Source: Klebsormidium nitens (taxonomy: Eukaryota > Plantae > Klebsormidiophyceae). From it: a stretch of 64,000 nucleotides of DNA. The stretch lies in the NCBI GenBank assembly GCA_000708835.1, contig DF236967.1, positions 335,015 through 399,014 of the forward strand. The letters are read 5' to 3'. The notes below the pieces were generated by a model that was not told the DNA's origin, searched no databases, and saw only the letters and a program-made list of their open reading frames with translations. The first letter of the stretch is position 1. Each line of letters starts with the position of its first letter. The position numbers and the translations under genes were made by a program. Shown one piece after another: positions 19,940 through 33,000 of the stretch.

Positions 19940-22900
19940 CTGCGAGTGAAAGGATTCTTTTCAACCCCATTTCTATGTTGATTTGTCTTTCTTCCATTCT
20001 TTCATCCTGCCAACTTGAGCAGTAAGTGATTAGGGAGAGACTGAGGTTCTATTCTGAGTATATTTTCTCTGTAAAGAAAGTATACAAACGCCAGGAAATG
20101 ATTCCTACTTCGTGAAAGATCCAGTGCTTCTTTACAGAACGTGGATTGGGCACACAGCAGATTGGACGAAAGTAAAAGCCGTTCCAATGGTTGCTTAACA
20201 TCAACTTTTCAGGATGATTACCCAACCACTACAGCACTTGTGCTAGTTTGCGCAATACGTGTGCCGAAAATTTAGATGGGCTGCAAAGCGAAAAACGAGT
20301 TTGGACACGCAGACTCCTTGCCCTATGATGGGATCCAACAACGCATCTAGAAACTTTCACTAGGTTCGTGTTCAAAAATGCTCACAAATCACTTCGTCTC
20401 ATCGCACTTCTGTTGTATTTATGACAATCTGCCCACGTGTCAAATCTTCCCGTGTGCTCACTCACCGTACCCCCCGGACAGCGTATGCTCGGGTTGCCCC
20501 CCGGGATCGAATCCCTCGGATCGCGTTTATATGTCCCAGGTACAACCGGTACTCATTTCCAAGCACGAAAAACTGAAACACCAGAAGCCGCTTGAAATGG
20601 GGCCTCAGGCGGATAGGCAGATGGGTGCCCACTTCCGCGGCGGAAGAATATTGGCTGTTCGGACAGCACGTTTATACGGACGTCGCGACGTCCGCTTCCA
20701 AACGGAGGGGCTCAATCAAGGGCCTGGGGGAAAAAAGGCGAGACCATCGACAATTACGACAGATTCAGTCACAGCAGTTGTCAACTGATGCAACAGGAGG
20801 AGCGAGATACTGGCGCCAAAAGGACTAGAATCTTTCGTGAACCGAGACGCCACTCTAACACTGAAGGCTGCGAGGTCACCACTACGAAATCCACGTTGCA
20901 GCTCGGACCCAACGTTCGAGAAGACACGTCTCAAAGATTTCCGCTTGCGGCAGTGTGATAAGCTTAAATTCTGGCTATTCTTCCCATCCCACACGGAGGA
21001 AAAACAGGCGAAGTTTCACCATGTCAGAGAGATGAGCATCTTGTTTGCAGAAGAAGCTCAGTGTAATCTTTCGCTAGGCAAAGGGCGCATACTTAAAAGA
21101 AGCCGCGACATCCTGAGTTCTGGCAGAATCCTTGAAGTCCAAACCCTGAACTTGAAGCTTTGCACGTGCAGAAACCTCATCAAGAGATCGCTCCAGAGCA
21201 CTCTTATCTTTCTTCCAATTCCAAAGGAGTTTCGGTCCGTAACAGCCATGTCCTTCAAGTCTTCCAGGTTGACCGTAAGAAAGAGATTCCGGGAGGTCTC
21301 GGAACTGAACGCAGACAATATGCGGCAGCGTGACGAGAGGTCGCAATCTGGTATCCGCGTCAGCAAAAAGTAAGTACCCTTGAAATATTCCCGCCTCACC
21401 TTTGCTCATCAGCTGGTTTGCTGATTACATAGTGCGCCCTGGCTGTGGATATCCAGATCAGATACTGCTCACAATTCAAAATTGTGGCATTCTAATGGCT
21501 GCTGCCTTCTTTCCGCCAGGATGTCCCGGCAGTTTGTGCAGCACACTGTTTCACGCAGATTAATGCAGCTATCCAGAACGGACTCAGATTTTCGACGGAC
21601 GTGCGATTGCTGCTGTCACCACAGTAGTCTTGAAGCTCCTCGTTTCCCCGCCTTGCTTGCTCTCCCGTCGCGCAACAAGCGACCCCTAAGTTCAAGTCCA
21701 ACCTGGCTTTAGCAACGGCTTTGAACACTCATCGTAAGTCAAAACCGTGCGTTGCTAGGACGCACGGATGCAGCACATCATCTGCGGGGGATAATGCAAT
21801 TCGAGCATCCGCCAACGCAGGCTATGCTCGGTGACCATACGATTGCATCATGCACGGAACTTGCCGCCTGAACTAACCGGGGCAAACCAACCGAGCACTG
21901 AGCACGGACATACAACACGTCCAAACTGCTGTAGGCATAAAATTTACAATCATTAACGACTCAGAATTCTGACGGGCTCACTTCAGTGCCCGTTCCATTC
22001 GTGACGCGCATGCAGCGTCGCCTTCAGCGTCCGACCATGGCGACCCTCGTGTTAGATAACACGTACAGAATCATCTCTTTCTTAAGTCCAAAGCATGGGC
22101 TTAGCCCTAAGGCCCCATTAGTTTGACTGACTACCGCCAATCAGCCGGCGGGCCCTGCAACTACATTGAAACCTCCGCAAGTGGCCCAGCGTATGACGCG
22201 CCCAAGCCTTTGATAGATTGTTATGTGCGCAGTTTCGATAGGGTGCGAGGACCGTCGCTTGGCGGGCCAATATCCCACGCTGCACACTTTCCTTGTGCTA
22301 GTGTGTAGACCTATTTACGAGATCGACTTGCGAGTCGCGTGCCTACTATCGATTCGAGCAAGGTCTTCATGCTGTCATCACTGTAGTGGGCGTAGGATCA
22401 TTGTTCCGGGAGCATCACGGGGGCAGCAAGACTTGGTCGTGGGATAGACTTAATGAAGTGCCAGACAAAAGCTCTTGCGATCGAAGTTCGACGCTTCAAC
22501 GTTTGCGAAGTCCGTCTGACCGGCAGCCCCTTTGGACCTCCCCGATCTGACATCTGACATGTGTCAATCAGCCCTTCGCGCAAAGGTTTATTCTGACGTA
22601 ATGCAGTTTGCAAAACAACTGAGCTGTTGGCAGCTAGCTAAACGCTCTCTTCAGTTATTTTGGTCCTAAAGAGGGCGTCCTGTTTCTCGCCCTGCTCTAG
22701 TTTCTCTGCCGAGCTGGATCTCTCATGTGTCAGAGACTTCACTCAAAGAGACTTCCCTCAAAACATTCCCTTCAGGATTCTCACTTTGACGAAGCGGTGA
22801 ATGTAAGATAGGACGAAAGTGCAGACGATGGTGGCAAAGAGGACGATCCACAGTCCAATTGAATTCGCACAGAGAAAAGAGTCCACTGAACCCTTGATGC

Positions 22901-24094
22901 TGGTGTCTTCGAGGAACGTTAGAAGCTCGCTTTCCTGTTCTCGTTACTTCCCAATCCAGCTGCCGCAAGCACAGGCTTTCTTGCTGGGCCGACCTGCAAC
23001 TTGCATTTCTTCTGCCTCGGAACTTTGCCGACCGGGCACTAAATGAAGTCTGACTAAGCCGGCTCACAAGGGTCGTTGTCCTTTCACAGTCATCTTGCAA
23101 AAGATTTTGTCATAACCGTCAAGGCAAATGCCCCGGGAGTGCATGACTTGTATAAGCCCGATGGCGGGGCGTCTGCAGATGAAATGACAATGCAGTGTGA
23201 ATCGAAACGAAGCGCGCACTGAGCGTGCAATTTCGGCTTGCAATTCTGATGGGGAACGAGTGCTTTGGTGGTCACTGAACGATTTGATTGCGCACCAAGA
23301 GTCCTTATACCATCTGAAGAAATCGCACATATCCGACCATGTGTGGTCACTGGTTGATGTTTGAGCTTTGTATATGCATACCACCCTCAGAGCGTTCGTG
23401 AAATTTCAGGGGGGCCGTGATCTCTGAAGTAAAGTTGGTGATCATACTGGAGTACCGCGCAAATGATGGCAGATTCTCATTTCAAATGACTCTAGCATCA
23501 ACGTACGCGGGCCATACTAAAGCATAAAGGACAAGGTTTCAACCTTTTATTGCTAAGAATTGCATGATGCATGACAGCTAGAATCCATATAAGCAGCCTT
23601 AAGCTTGACGGAACAAACCATACCATGTCATGCTTTACAACTTAAATCTAAATTGTACGGTGGAAGTGGTAGGCGTTGGGCTTCAAGCATGAGCAGCGGA
23701 GAGAAGTGGGCCCGGCGGCTAGCACGATCATTCCGACCAGCGCTATGTCATCATATACAAGACTATAGAATGAATCAGACGTTCCTTGCGGTTTTGCATG
23801 TTGCTCGTGCAGCGATCGCAGCTATCCAACGCGTTGAACAAGTCGAACCTTGTACGCTCTTATACTCCAAGACTTTATCATCGAATGATTTCAAGAAAGG
23901 CTTATACAGACATGTTACAGGAGGCTTACGTTCGCCGTCCCATTGTATGAGCTTTGCAGCGGCTTCGTCTAAGTGCAAGCATATGAAGAGCCTATTCTGA
24001 CATTCTGACATTCATCCCTTGCCATTTGCTTTCGCATCGCGCTATTCCTTATTGTACAATCAGCACATCTTGCCCCGCAAAGTCTTGCGCTACG

Positions 24095-27000
24095 CTACCG
24101 CTCTTCAGCCCGTACGGAGCCGATCGTGCTCGTGGAGGGGCTGCTGTCCAGGGTGGACGACTCCTGGACGCCTGGGCTCCGTCCCCCGTCGTTGCGCGAC
24201 GTTGGAGACGTTTCCTCGTTAAAGGAGCCGCGCTTTGACTTGTTGCTGAACAGAGGGCTCGCTGCAAGGACAGGCAAGCAAAGTTAACTCCAACCCCCAC
24301 TCTGTCTCTCCTCTCGATGAGGAGGAGAGACTTATCTAACCATCATACAAGTCCAACACCCATCCTTGAACCCCGTAACGAGAGCTTCCTCAAGGAGGAC
24401 TGACTGCGGTCAGGCGGCCGCTTTGCACGAACGCAACTGAAGCAAAGGTCGCAACCTGCAGAAACCTTTACACGACCACAACCCGCAATCCTGCAGCGCT
24501 GCTACAAAGTAGCTTGAATCGCCTCGTGACCTCAATCCAAGCCCGCTCACTCTTCTTGCCGAGCGAGCGCCGCATGGAAGACTGCCGGAGGAGCGACTTG
24601 AGGCTCCGGGTGCCGGGGGTGAGCCCCGGGGACGGCTGCGAGCCGCCGTCACTGCCGCCGTCACTGGGCAGGTCATCGTCCACGGTGGACAGGCTGGAGG
24701 GGCTGCCGCGCTGCGACCGCCGCAGGACGGCCTTGGCCTTGCGCCGCTGGACGCCCAGATAAGTGCGTTCGAAGCGAGTCTTGAGGATCTCACGTGACGG
24801 GAGTCTTCGTAACAGTAAAACCAGAGTCACTCGGCGCCACAGTAGGGCCCTAGAATGGGAGCTTCGGAGCTTGAAGGGTGCTTCGTCGAGGAGGCGTTGT
24901 GCGCGCTGCTCAACCCGACCTGCTCAAGAGAATACAGTACGCCACCGATCGACCCCCTCACAGGAAGCGTCTGCAAGAAAGCAACCGTGAGATATTCATG
25001 TCAACTAAGGGCCTGTGGTTCTCCCCTCCTCACCTGCGCATTGAACAGGCCTTTGACCGACGAGACGAAGCCCTCGCTGGACCGCTGGCTGTGCTTGAAT
25101 CGTCTCCGCTCTCCGCCGGGCGCCGAGCTCCCTTCTAACAGCGCCGCCGGCCGGGCCCCCTGGTCGCTCGACTCGGACCCACTTTCGGTGTGAATCTCCC
25201 CCCCTCCCTGGCTCTGGCCCCGGAACTTTTTGCCCTGCACTCCGGCCACTGATTTGAGCACCCCCCAGATGATGTGCTTCTTGACCTTGTAGAAGAGGCG
25301 CCGCCAGTCGCCCGTGAAGTGCTCGCGCGAGAAGGTGTCCATGAGGAAGCGCTTCTCGGAGAAGGAGATGGGGGAGCCCTCGTACGTCGCCACCAGCTCC
25401 ACCTGAACAACGAGGGCGGGGAGAAGGTTGATGGAGAAAGGGATGAGTATTCAGGCTCGTGATCCCCTCCTTGCACTGATGGACGCGAGATGTGGTTCTA
25501 CCAGGCGATGGTTTGGGAGACGAGGATTTGAGCAGTATAGAGCCGCTTTCAGACAAGAATGCTTGCAAAACATTCAAAGATGTGGCTCATAAATGAACGA
25601 TGTCCTGCCAAAAGAAAGGGCGCAGCCTGCTTGTAAGCTATTCAGGAGCGGAAAGAGCAATGCTCAAGAAGTGATATACACGCTGCAAGTAATCACTTGA
25701 CTGGGGAAAGGTACAAGTATCGCGGAGGCCAACTCTCCATACGCGGGTGATAAGATCAAGCCAGGGCGCAGTGTAGAATGTAGAAGTCCTGGTAAACGAG
25801 AGTCAGTACACAGAAGCAGCTGAAATCCCAACATGCACGCACATCCCCCTTACCTGCGCGATCTTGATGAAGTGGATGACCAAGTCCTTGCTCTTGCTGA
25901 CCTCCTCCTCGTTCTGCCGCACCGCCTTAGCCCGCTGTTTTCGCCGCTTCTTCCCCGCTGGGGGTGTCTCGCTCGACCCGGACCCCTCGGCCCCCGCCGC
26001 CGCCAGAATCGCCGCCGCCTGAACTTGGAGCAAGCCCCCGACCTGCCCCAGACTCATCGCAGTCTGCGCCGTCATTGCCAACGGACCGCTGTAGCTCCCC
26101 GACCGCCCCGCCGACGTCGGCTGCGCAACGACCGCTTCCAGGAGCGCCGAGTCCGTCGACCCGAACTCGATCGCCGACGCCGTGCGCCGGTGCGCGGGCC
26201 CCCGGTGCGGCTCCCCGGAGCTGTACCCGCTGCTGCTCGCTTGCCGCGTGTGCGACACCCGCGAAACTTCCGCCATCAGCTCAGGGTCCATATCCACCGG
26301 GCTGGAGCTGAGCGGATTTGCCCCGGCCCAGGGGGCGGTTGGCCCCCCCGGGGAGGCGTTGAATCCAGTGCCGCCCGGCTTGGGGGAGTGCGGCGATTTG
26401 AGACTGTCCCCGCTGGACTGGCGCGAGAGGGACGGGTTCGGTGCCTCGACGGTGTTGCGGCGGCCACGGCGCGAGGCCGCGGCGGACCCGGAGGGCGGGA
26501 GCGCGGCGGTCTGGTAGTCTGCGCGGCGGAAGGGGTGGAGGTCGTCCTTGGGGAAGACGTATTCGAAGAGCATACGGTAGAGGGACTCGGTGAGGTGGAT
26601 GCGCAGCGGATGGATGTCCACCTGGGGAAGGGATAGTGTAAGGAAGGGTTGGATCTGAGGGGAAAGGGAGGGGGATAGTCAAATGTGGTGGAAGAACCAG
26701 CCCGCTTCAGAGGCAGTGTCGATGTAAAGTGGTGAGATAGACAAAGAAAATTGGTCGCGTCGCTGGGCATAGGGTTCATGGTCAGCTTTGAATTTGCAAC
26801 CGCTATGCAGCGTCAACTGAGGCGTCTTGCAGGGTTACTTTTTGAGGCTGGGCAGTACTGCCTTAAGGAGGCAGACAGGATGATAAGAACAAGCCTGCGT
26901 GAGCAGATTTTAACGATGCTCTCTTAGCATCTTCCTGACGATAAGTGCCCCAGCTCGCTTGTTGCCAACACTTGCACCAACCACCCTGACAACACACCTT

Positions 27001-30000
27001 GAGATCCACAGTCACTCCTCCTTGTAAAGGGCGCAGAGCGCCCAAACATGTGACGACTTTCAGATGGTCAACTCCTTTGATAACGACAGATTAGTTGAAG
27101 CATCGCAGGGTTGTGACTTCCAAGCTTTCTGAAGGTACCTGGAAATGGAGTATGGGCACGACGCCGTTGGGCTCCGGCGCGCCCTGCTTGGCCTCCACCT
27201 TGAGGATGCACGCCTTGGACCACTCAGGCGGGTTCCACGCGCCCAGAATCTCCTTGCACTTGGGGTGCGGCAAACAGTTGCGGATGGTCAGGTGCTTCAC
27301 CATGAAGCTGGCGAAGCCCACGTCATCGAAGTCGCGATCCAGGTCCAGGATCTGCAACGAACGGCATCCTTTTCATGAGAAACGGGACAAGAAACGACTT
27401 GGAGACACATGATATCTCAAGGGTAGCAGACAATCACCTTGGGAGAGCAAACACGCGCCGTCGAGTGATCACCTTTGTGGTTCCACCTTTGCGGATCCCT
27501 CTTCAGGGTGCAAGCAGCCCAACTGACCAGTAACACGAGGGATGGCCGTCATCACACTCAACACGAGCGCCGCAAATAGACTGGACGCTGGTGACATAAG
27601 TGGCAGATGCCAGATAATTCACAGAGCAGATGGACTGCTCGGTTGCCAATGAAACAAGATTCTGCTTCATGAACATCGTATGGCCGAGCTACGTGATGCG
27701 CGCGCACCATGTTGTTGATCTCTGCCTCGGCGAAGGGCTCCCCGTCGGCGAGCATGGTCCACATGCCCTTGTCGATGATCCAGCTGATGCGCAGCGCGGA
27801 CGACGGGTGCTTCAGCTGCTGCTGGTGCTTGGCGGCCGCTGCCTTGAGGATGCTGCGCAGGCTCTTGCGTGCGGCCGCCTTGGCCTCGCGCTTCGCGGCC
27901 AGGCCCAGCTCGAGCCGACGGATCTGCAAAACGAGCGAAGTGTACCCGTCAGAAGAGTTTTAAGGGCGACTATAAACATAGGGAGCTGCGTAATGGTCTC
28001 CTTAACGTCCGACTGGGCAAAAATACCCATAAAGCCATTTTAGGGAGGTGCGTAATGATCCGGTTGACATTAAAATGGACAACCAAATGACGTTTGAAAA
28101 TTTGGGCTGGGAACAAACACTCCTTGTTCATATCCGCTGAAGCATACTACCTTGCTGGACCAACCAGCCTTATCCGCGGACATTAAATGGTGCCGCTATC
28201 TGAGGGAATGCGCCTTCTTCACAAAGGAGACTTACCAGAGCGTATCTTGCTGCAGTGACCATCCAGAGCTTGAGATCGTTGTCAATGGTTCCCTTGAGAC
28301 CGCCATTGAAAGCGGCCTGCCCGTCGTCGGTGCCTTGCAGTCGCATCCGGTGGAGGTCCTGCACGGTAAAAAGTTCAAAAGGCTTTACAGCCGACCCCTC
28401 CACCGCTATGATCACGTAAGTGGTTCCCTAACGCCTGTCAAGAGCCCAGTCTTGGGGCCAGATTGAGGCTTCAGCTGACGCGTTGATTTCTCGCTCGTGG
28501 GGTTTCCTGCATGTTCCGTACCTCTTTGCTGGTCTGCCTTGCAAAGATACATGTTTCGGCAAACACGGCGAGACTAGATTGAAGCCTGGACTTTAAGATG
28601 CGGCACAAGGGCGGCGGCGGGATTCCGGCCCGGCAGTCCAACCTAGAGCCGTCACGTTAACAAGGATTGGACAACCTGGCACTGAACAGCATGGCCCCAA
28701 AATGGGCCCTTCTCCACAACGCTGTCGGCGCCCACCTGTGCCATTGCCTTGCACTCCCTCTCGAGCGCCTCAATCTCACTGCGCGCCAGCTCGACCTCCT
28801 CAATCCCCTCTGGCACCACCTCGTCCGCCTCCTCCTCTTGCTCCTGGTCATCATCCGTCGCAGAGGGGGCCCACCGGAGCGGAGGGTTGCGCGCCCTGGG
28901 CATGACGGAAAGAAGACTGTGCTTAGAGCCTTTTGAGTAAGGTTAGAGAATCCCTATTGGGCGGAGGCAAGAGATCGTTAGACTAAGAATCAAGCGTCCC
29001 TGATGGGCGGAGGCCAAAAGACGTTGACTATCAATCCAGGTTGCGGATTGAGGGGCTGCAAATTTGAAGGGAATAAGCTCGGGTTGTAAAGGAGGGACCT
29101 TGACAGACAAGATAAAGCTTGGCAGAAGCAACCCGAGGTAGAATCTGGAAGAAGAGGGGGGTCTGGAAATAGCAGATGACAAACTTCAAGCCGCCTCCCT
29201 CTTAATGCGGGCCAGGCATCGGGCGAATATAAGATCATCTCTTCGTGTTTGCAGCCGGCGCATACCTGGGGAGGCGCGCGAGCAGTAGGCTGGTGATGAC
29301 GTCCATCAGAATGGAGAACTGCCGGCTGGTCATGCTGGCGCTGATGTCAGGCGACGTGAAGTGGAAGTGCTTCAGCGGCTTCATGCGCGCGTCTTTGCCC
29401 TTGCCGTCGCCCTGGCCCCCACGGTGCCGCGTGTACTGGAAGACCATGGTGCACGGTGTGAAAACGCGCTCCAGCAGCACCCCGGGCTGTCTCGCGTTTG
29501 CCTGCGCCCGCCCGTCGCGTGAAACCTGCGGAGAGGGAATGCTCGTCAGCAAGCGACCTTGGAATCGCCAGAAGTCGGAGAATCGACTTGAATTCGTTTC
29601 AGCTAAGTGTGCTTAGTCAGAAGCTGTGACGTACAGGTGGAAGGTTCTTCCAACCAGGAATCGCCAAGGTGTGACGTACAGGTGGAAGGTTCTTCCAACC
29701 AGGAATTGCCAAGGTAAGAGATACGGATGATTCGGTATACGGCCAGGTCTACGGAACTCCCTTGAAGAGCCGCTCTCGGGGAGACGAGCAGTGTCCCAGA
29801 AAAGCTTCGACGAGCCCTGGAACAGTCAGAAGATACCACAAAGAAGACCACTGGAACCCAATAATTGCCACCATAGGGAACTGTCAGAAGGGTCAATAAG
29901 CATGAAAGCTTACACGATTCACGCTCCAATAAGCAAGTTTCACGTCCAAAAAGAATCTTCCCCACCTTGGGCAGCCACTGGATGCCTGCGTTGAGGTCGA

Positions 30001-33000
30001 CGTCCGTGGGCGCCACGTGGGCCTGCACGTGCTCTAGCAAAATGCTGAGCTCGCGCTTCCGCCACGTGATGATCGGAAAACCTCCCGCCGACGGCAGTCC
30101 GCGCATCTCGGGAGCGCCCGCCAGCGCCTCCAGACCAATGACGACCGCCTCGTGGAAAGAGCGGGCGAGGACGCGGCCGCTGGCAGCGGCGAGCAGGAAA
30201 CGACCCTGGGAAGAAACAGAGTAGGAAGTTGAGGAAGAGAGGACGTTAAGTGGTGTTACAGCGGCGTTCGTACAGCACATGCTTGTGAGGCCGTGGGTTT
30301 TGTAATCAGCAGCTGCTTTTCAATGGGCGAATAAATGCTAAAAATACGCCCTGCATTGCTTTGCTGATCCTTGCAGGTATCACAGACTTTAACAACCGGG
30401 ACTCTTCATAATGCAGAACGATCCCAAGCGCAAAACTACCAAAAAGAGACAGCGCAAAGCGAGTTGCGTAGGTAGCCACGGCTCTCCTTACGCTTGCGTT
30501 GTCCGAGTGCAGGTTGAACTGCGGCTGCGTGACGTTGATCATGAACTTCAACTCCCCGTCCTCCTCCTCTGCCACCGCGCTCCTTACAGCCGCCTTCGTC
30601 GGAGCGTTCTGCGCCGCCCCGGCTGCCGCCGACCTCGTTGTATTGGCCTCCTTCTGCAGCTCCGGGTTCATCGGCTTGTCCCCCGGGTTCAGTTTCCAGC
30701 CCTCAGCGCCGGGAGCGCTTCCGGCTAGGCTTCCCACCACGCCGCCCACGACCTTTTCAGCAGGGGTTGGCGACACCGGGATCTCTAAAACGTTCTGCCG
30801 CCAGCGGAGGAGCCGTTGGTGCTCCTCCATCTTCTTGCGCTGGGCGTACTGTTTGGAGGGGGAGGGCTTCGGGGACGAGAAGCCGCGCGCCATGTCGTGC
30901 ACCCAGGACCAGACGGCGTCGCGGTTGGGCAGCGTCCAGAGCAGCTTCAGGCCGTGGAGGGAGACGCGCAGGCAGTTGTCGGCCAGCAGCACCGCCACGC
31001 CTTCTTCCTCCTCGCTGCCTGTATTCACAAGCAAAGATGAACAGTGAGTTTTTGCTACGAAGAGTCAAAAGGAGCGGCGTCCTTACGTCCGAGAAGACGA
31101 CATGAAGCAACCCTGTATTTGCAGGTTGAGCAGAAAGCAGGCCTTCAAGAACCGGGAGGCAGTCGAAAGCCTAGGTCAGAGGCGAAGCGTTCTTGAGGAC
31201 CGCTTTCGATCGGTCTCCAATACTTGGAAAATGTTCCTCGAGCTGATTGTTCTGCATCCACGCAAACTTGTTACCAACAAAGAATAGCAAACTCTCAACA
31301 GCGCCCCTACCTGAGACGCCGCTTCCATAGTCGCTGTCGCTCGCCGCACTCAGCCCGCTCATGCTGAACATCGTCATGCCCACACGCGGGCCGATGCGCC
31401 ACGTGGCCAGCCGCCGGTTGTCCGCCTTGGGGGACTGCTTGCGCAGCGAGAAGCAGTCGGTGCTCAGAAGAAACCCCTTGTCGTCACCGTACGAAACGGA
31501 GCGGGCCGACCCGGGGTCTTCGGAGATGGAGGCCTCGCCACGGTACGTTTCGGGGAGGTCCATCAGCTGCCGCAGCTTGTCGAACCGGCGCTGGCTCTCG
31601 TCAGACTCGCGCGCCTTCGATTCGGAGTCGAGGAAGACGCGAAGCGTGCGGGCGTCGAAGGCCTGCCAAGGGACGGGCAAATGCATTCTCAAGGCGGCGT
31701 GACAGCAGTTCAAGCCCCAACGCAAGGAACAGAGCAGACCTCTCAGGAGAAAGATGCTCGGAAAACTTTTGGGGCAAAAGAAAAGACTCGTATTTTGGTT
31801 TGTAAGCAGTATAGAGATTTGAAGCCCTCGTGTAAGGCCGACCAATTAGTGTCCAAGAAGCATGTAGTCGATCCTGACTGCAAGGTTCATTTATGGCAAC
31901 GCTGTGACCAGCGCTTAACTGCCTAAGACCGCCCAGGTCCAGCAAAGCGAACATAAGAAAGGCTTTCTGACCTGGTACACCACGAGGAGGTCCCCCCGCG
32001 GCAGGCTCCCCCGATAGTCGACCCCCAGGATGGAGGCGGTCTGCTCGTCGATGGGCGCCCGGTACCAGCAGCAGTCGTACTTGAGGTGCTGCATCTGGAA
32101 AGTCAGCCCCTCCGCGGGGTCGTTCTCACCGATAGACACGTGCTTCATACAGCACGGCGTCGAGTCGATCTGGGATGAAAAAGAGCTCCGGTTTAGCCTA
32201 TGACTGGAGAGGAAGCTTGGGGGCAATGATGCTCGCGAAACAAGGTCGAGGAATTTGCAAAAACCACAGCACTCAAATTCAGGTGACAGCTGCACCCTAA
32301 GCGGAGTAGCAGCTAGTCCGGACAGATTGAAGCTGCGTTTTCAACAGACAAGTCTGGCAGCCCAAGGATACACAGAGATCCAGAAAAACAAGCTTGCAAT
32401 TGCTGCCTCACCTTGAGCATGAGCTCCGTGAGCACCTTGTCCAGCCCCAGGTTCCCCGACCGCTTGCCCCTTGGAACGCCGAACCGCGGGCACCGCGCAA
32501 ATGAGCGCAGCTTCATGGGCGGGTAGTACCACAGCGACCACCACTTGCGGACGAAAAGAAAGTCCGGCGCGCCAAGAGCGATCGTCGGCACCGTCGGGAA
32601 GTCCTCGCTCGCGGCCGACGACGCGTTCGAGCGGCGCCGCGTGAGCTGCTGCGCGGAGACGCTCTGGGATCGCGCAAGCCGCGACTGCGGGAGCGTGCCC
32701 TCGCTGTTGGAATGCACCCGCGCCCACGTGGCTTCGAAGTTGCGCGGGCCCTCGGGCACGTCGGCCGTGTTTCTCCGCGGGCGGGTTTCCGGGCTGCTCG
32801 GGTTTGGAACGTGCGCCGTTGGGGCCTCGCGGAACTTCATCTCAATGCCGAGCCGCAGCGACGTGGACCGAAACGGGTCGTTCAGCGTTTGCCGGAGCGT
32901 GCCCTCCCAAGGCATCGCGTGCAGGTAGTGCATCTGGGGTTGCCCCGAGGGGCAGTCCCAACCGAGAGTAAAGTCCACCCAATACACCGGGCTCTGTAGC

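Noticed and set aside
20503-20515. GGGATCGAATCCC resembling a tRNA T-arm or B-box
   Set aside because: No acceptor stem, D-arm/A-box or anticodon arm could be folded around it.
20837-21399. Overlapping 110-180 aa ORFs on both strands upstream of the DRM UBA exon
   Set aside because: No recognisable domain and no consistent splice phase with DRM; probably intronic or repeat-derived.
22700-24011. Short ORFs between DRM and the SABRE 3' end (e.g. 23775-24011)
   Set aside because: No recognisable homology or splice structure; likely 3'UTR or intergenic sequence.
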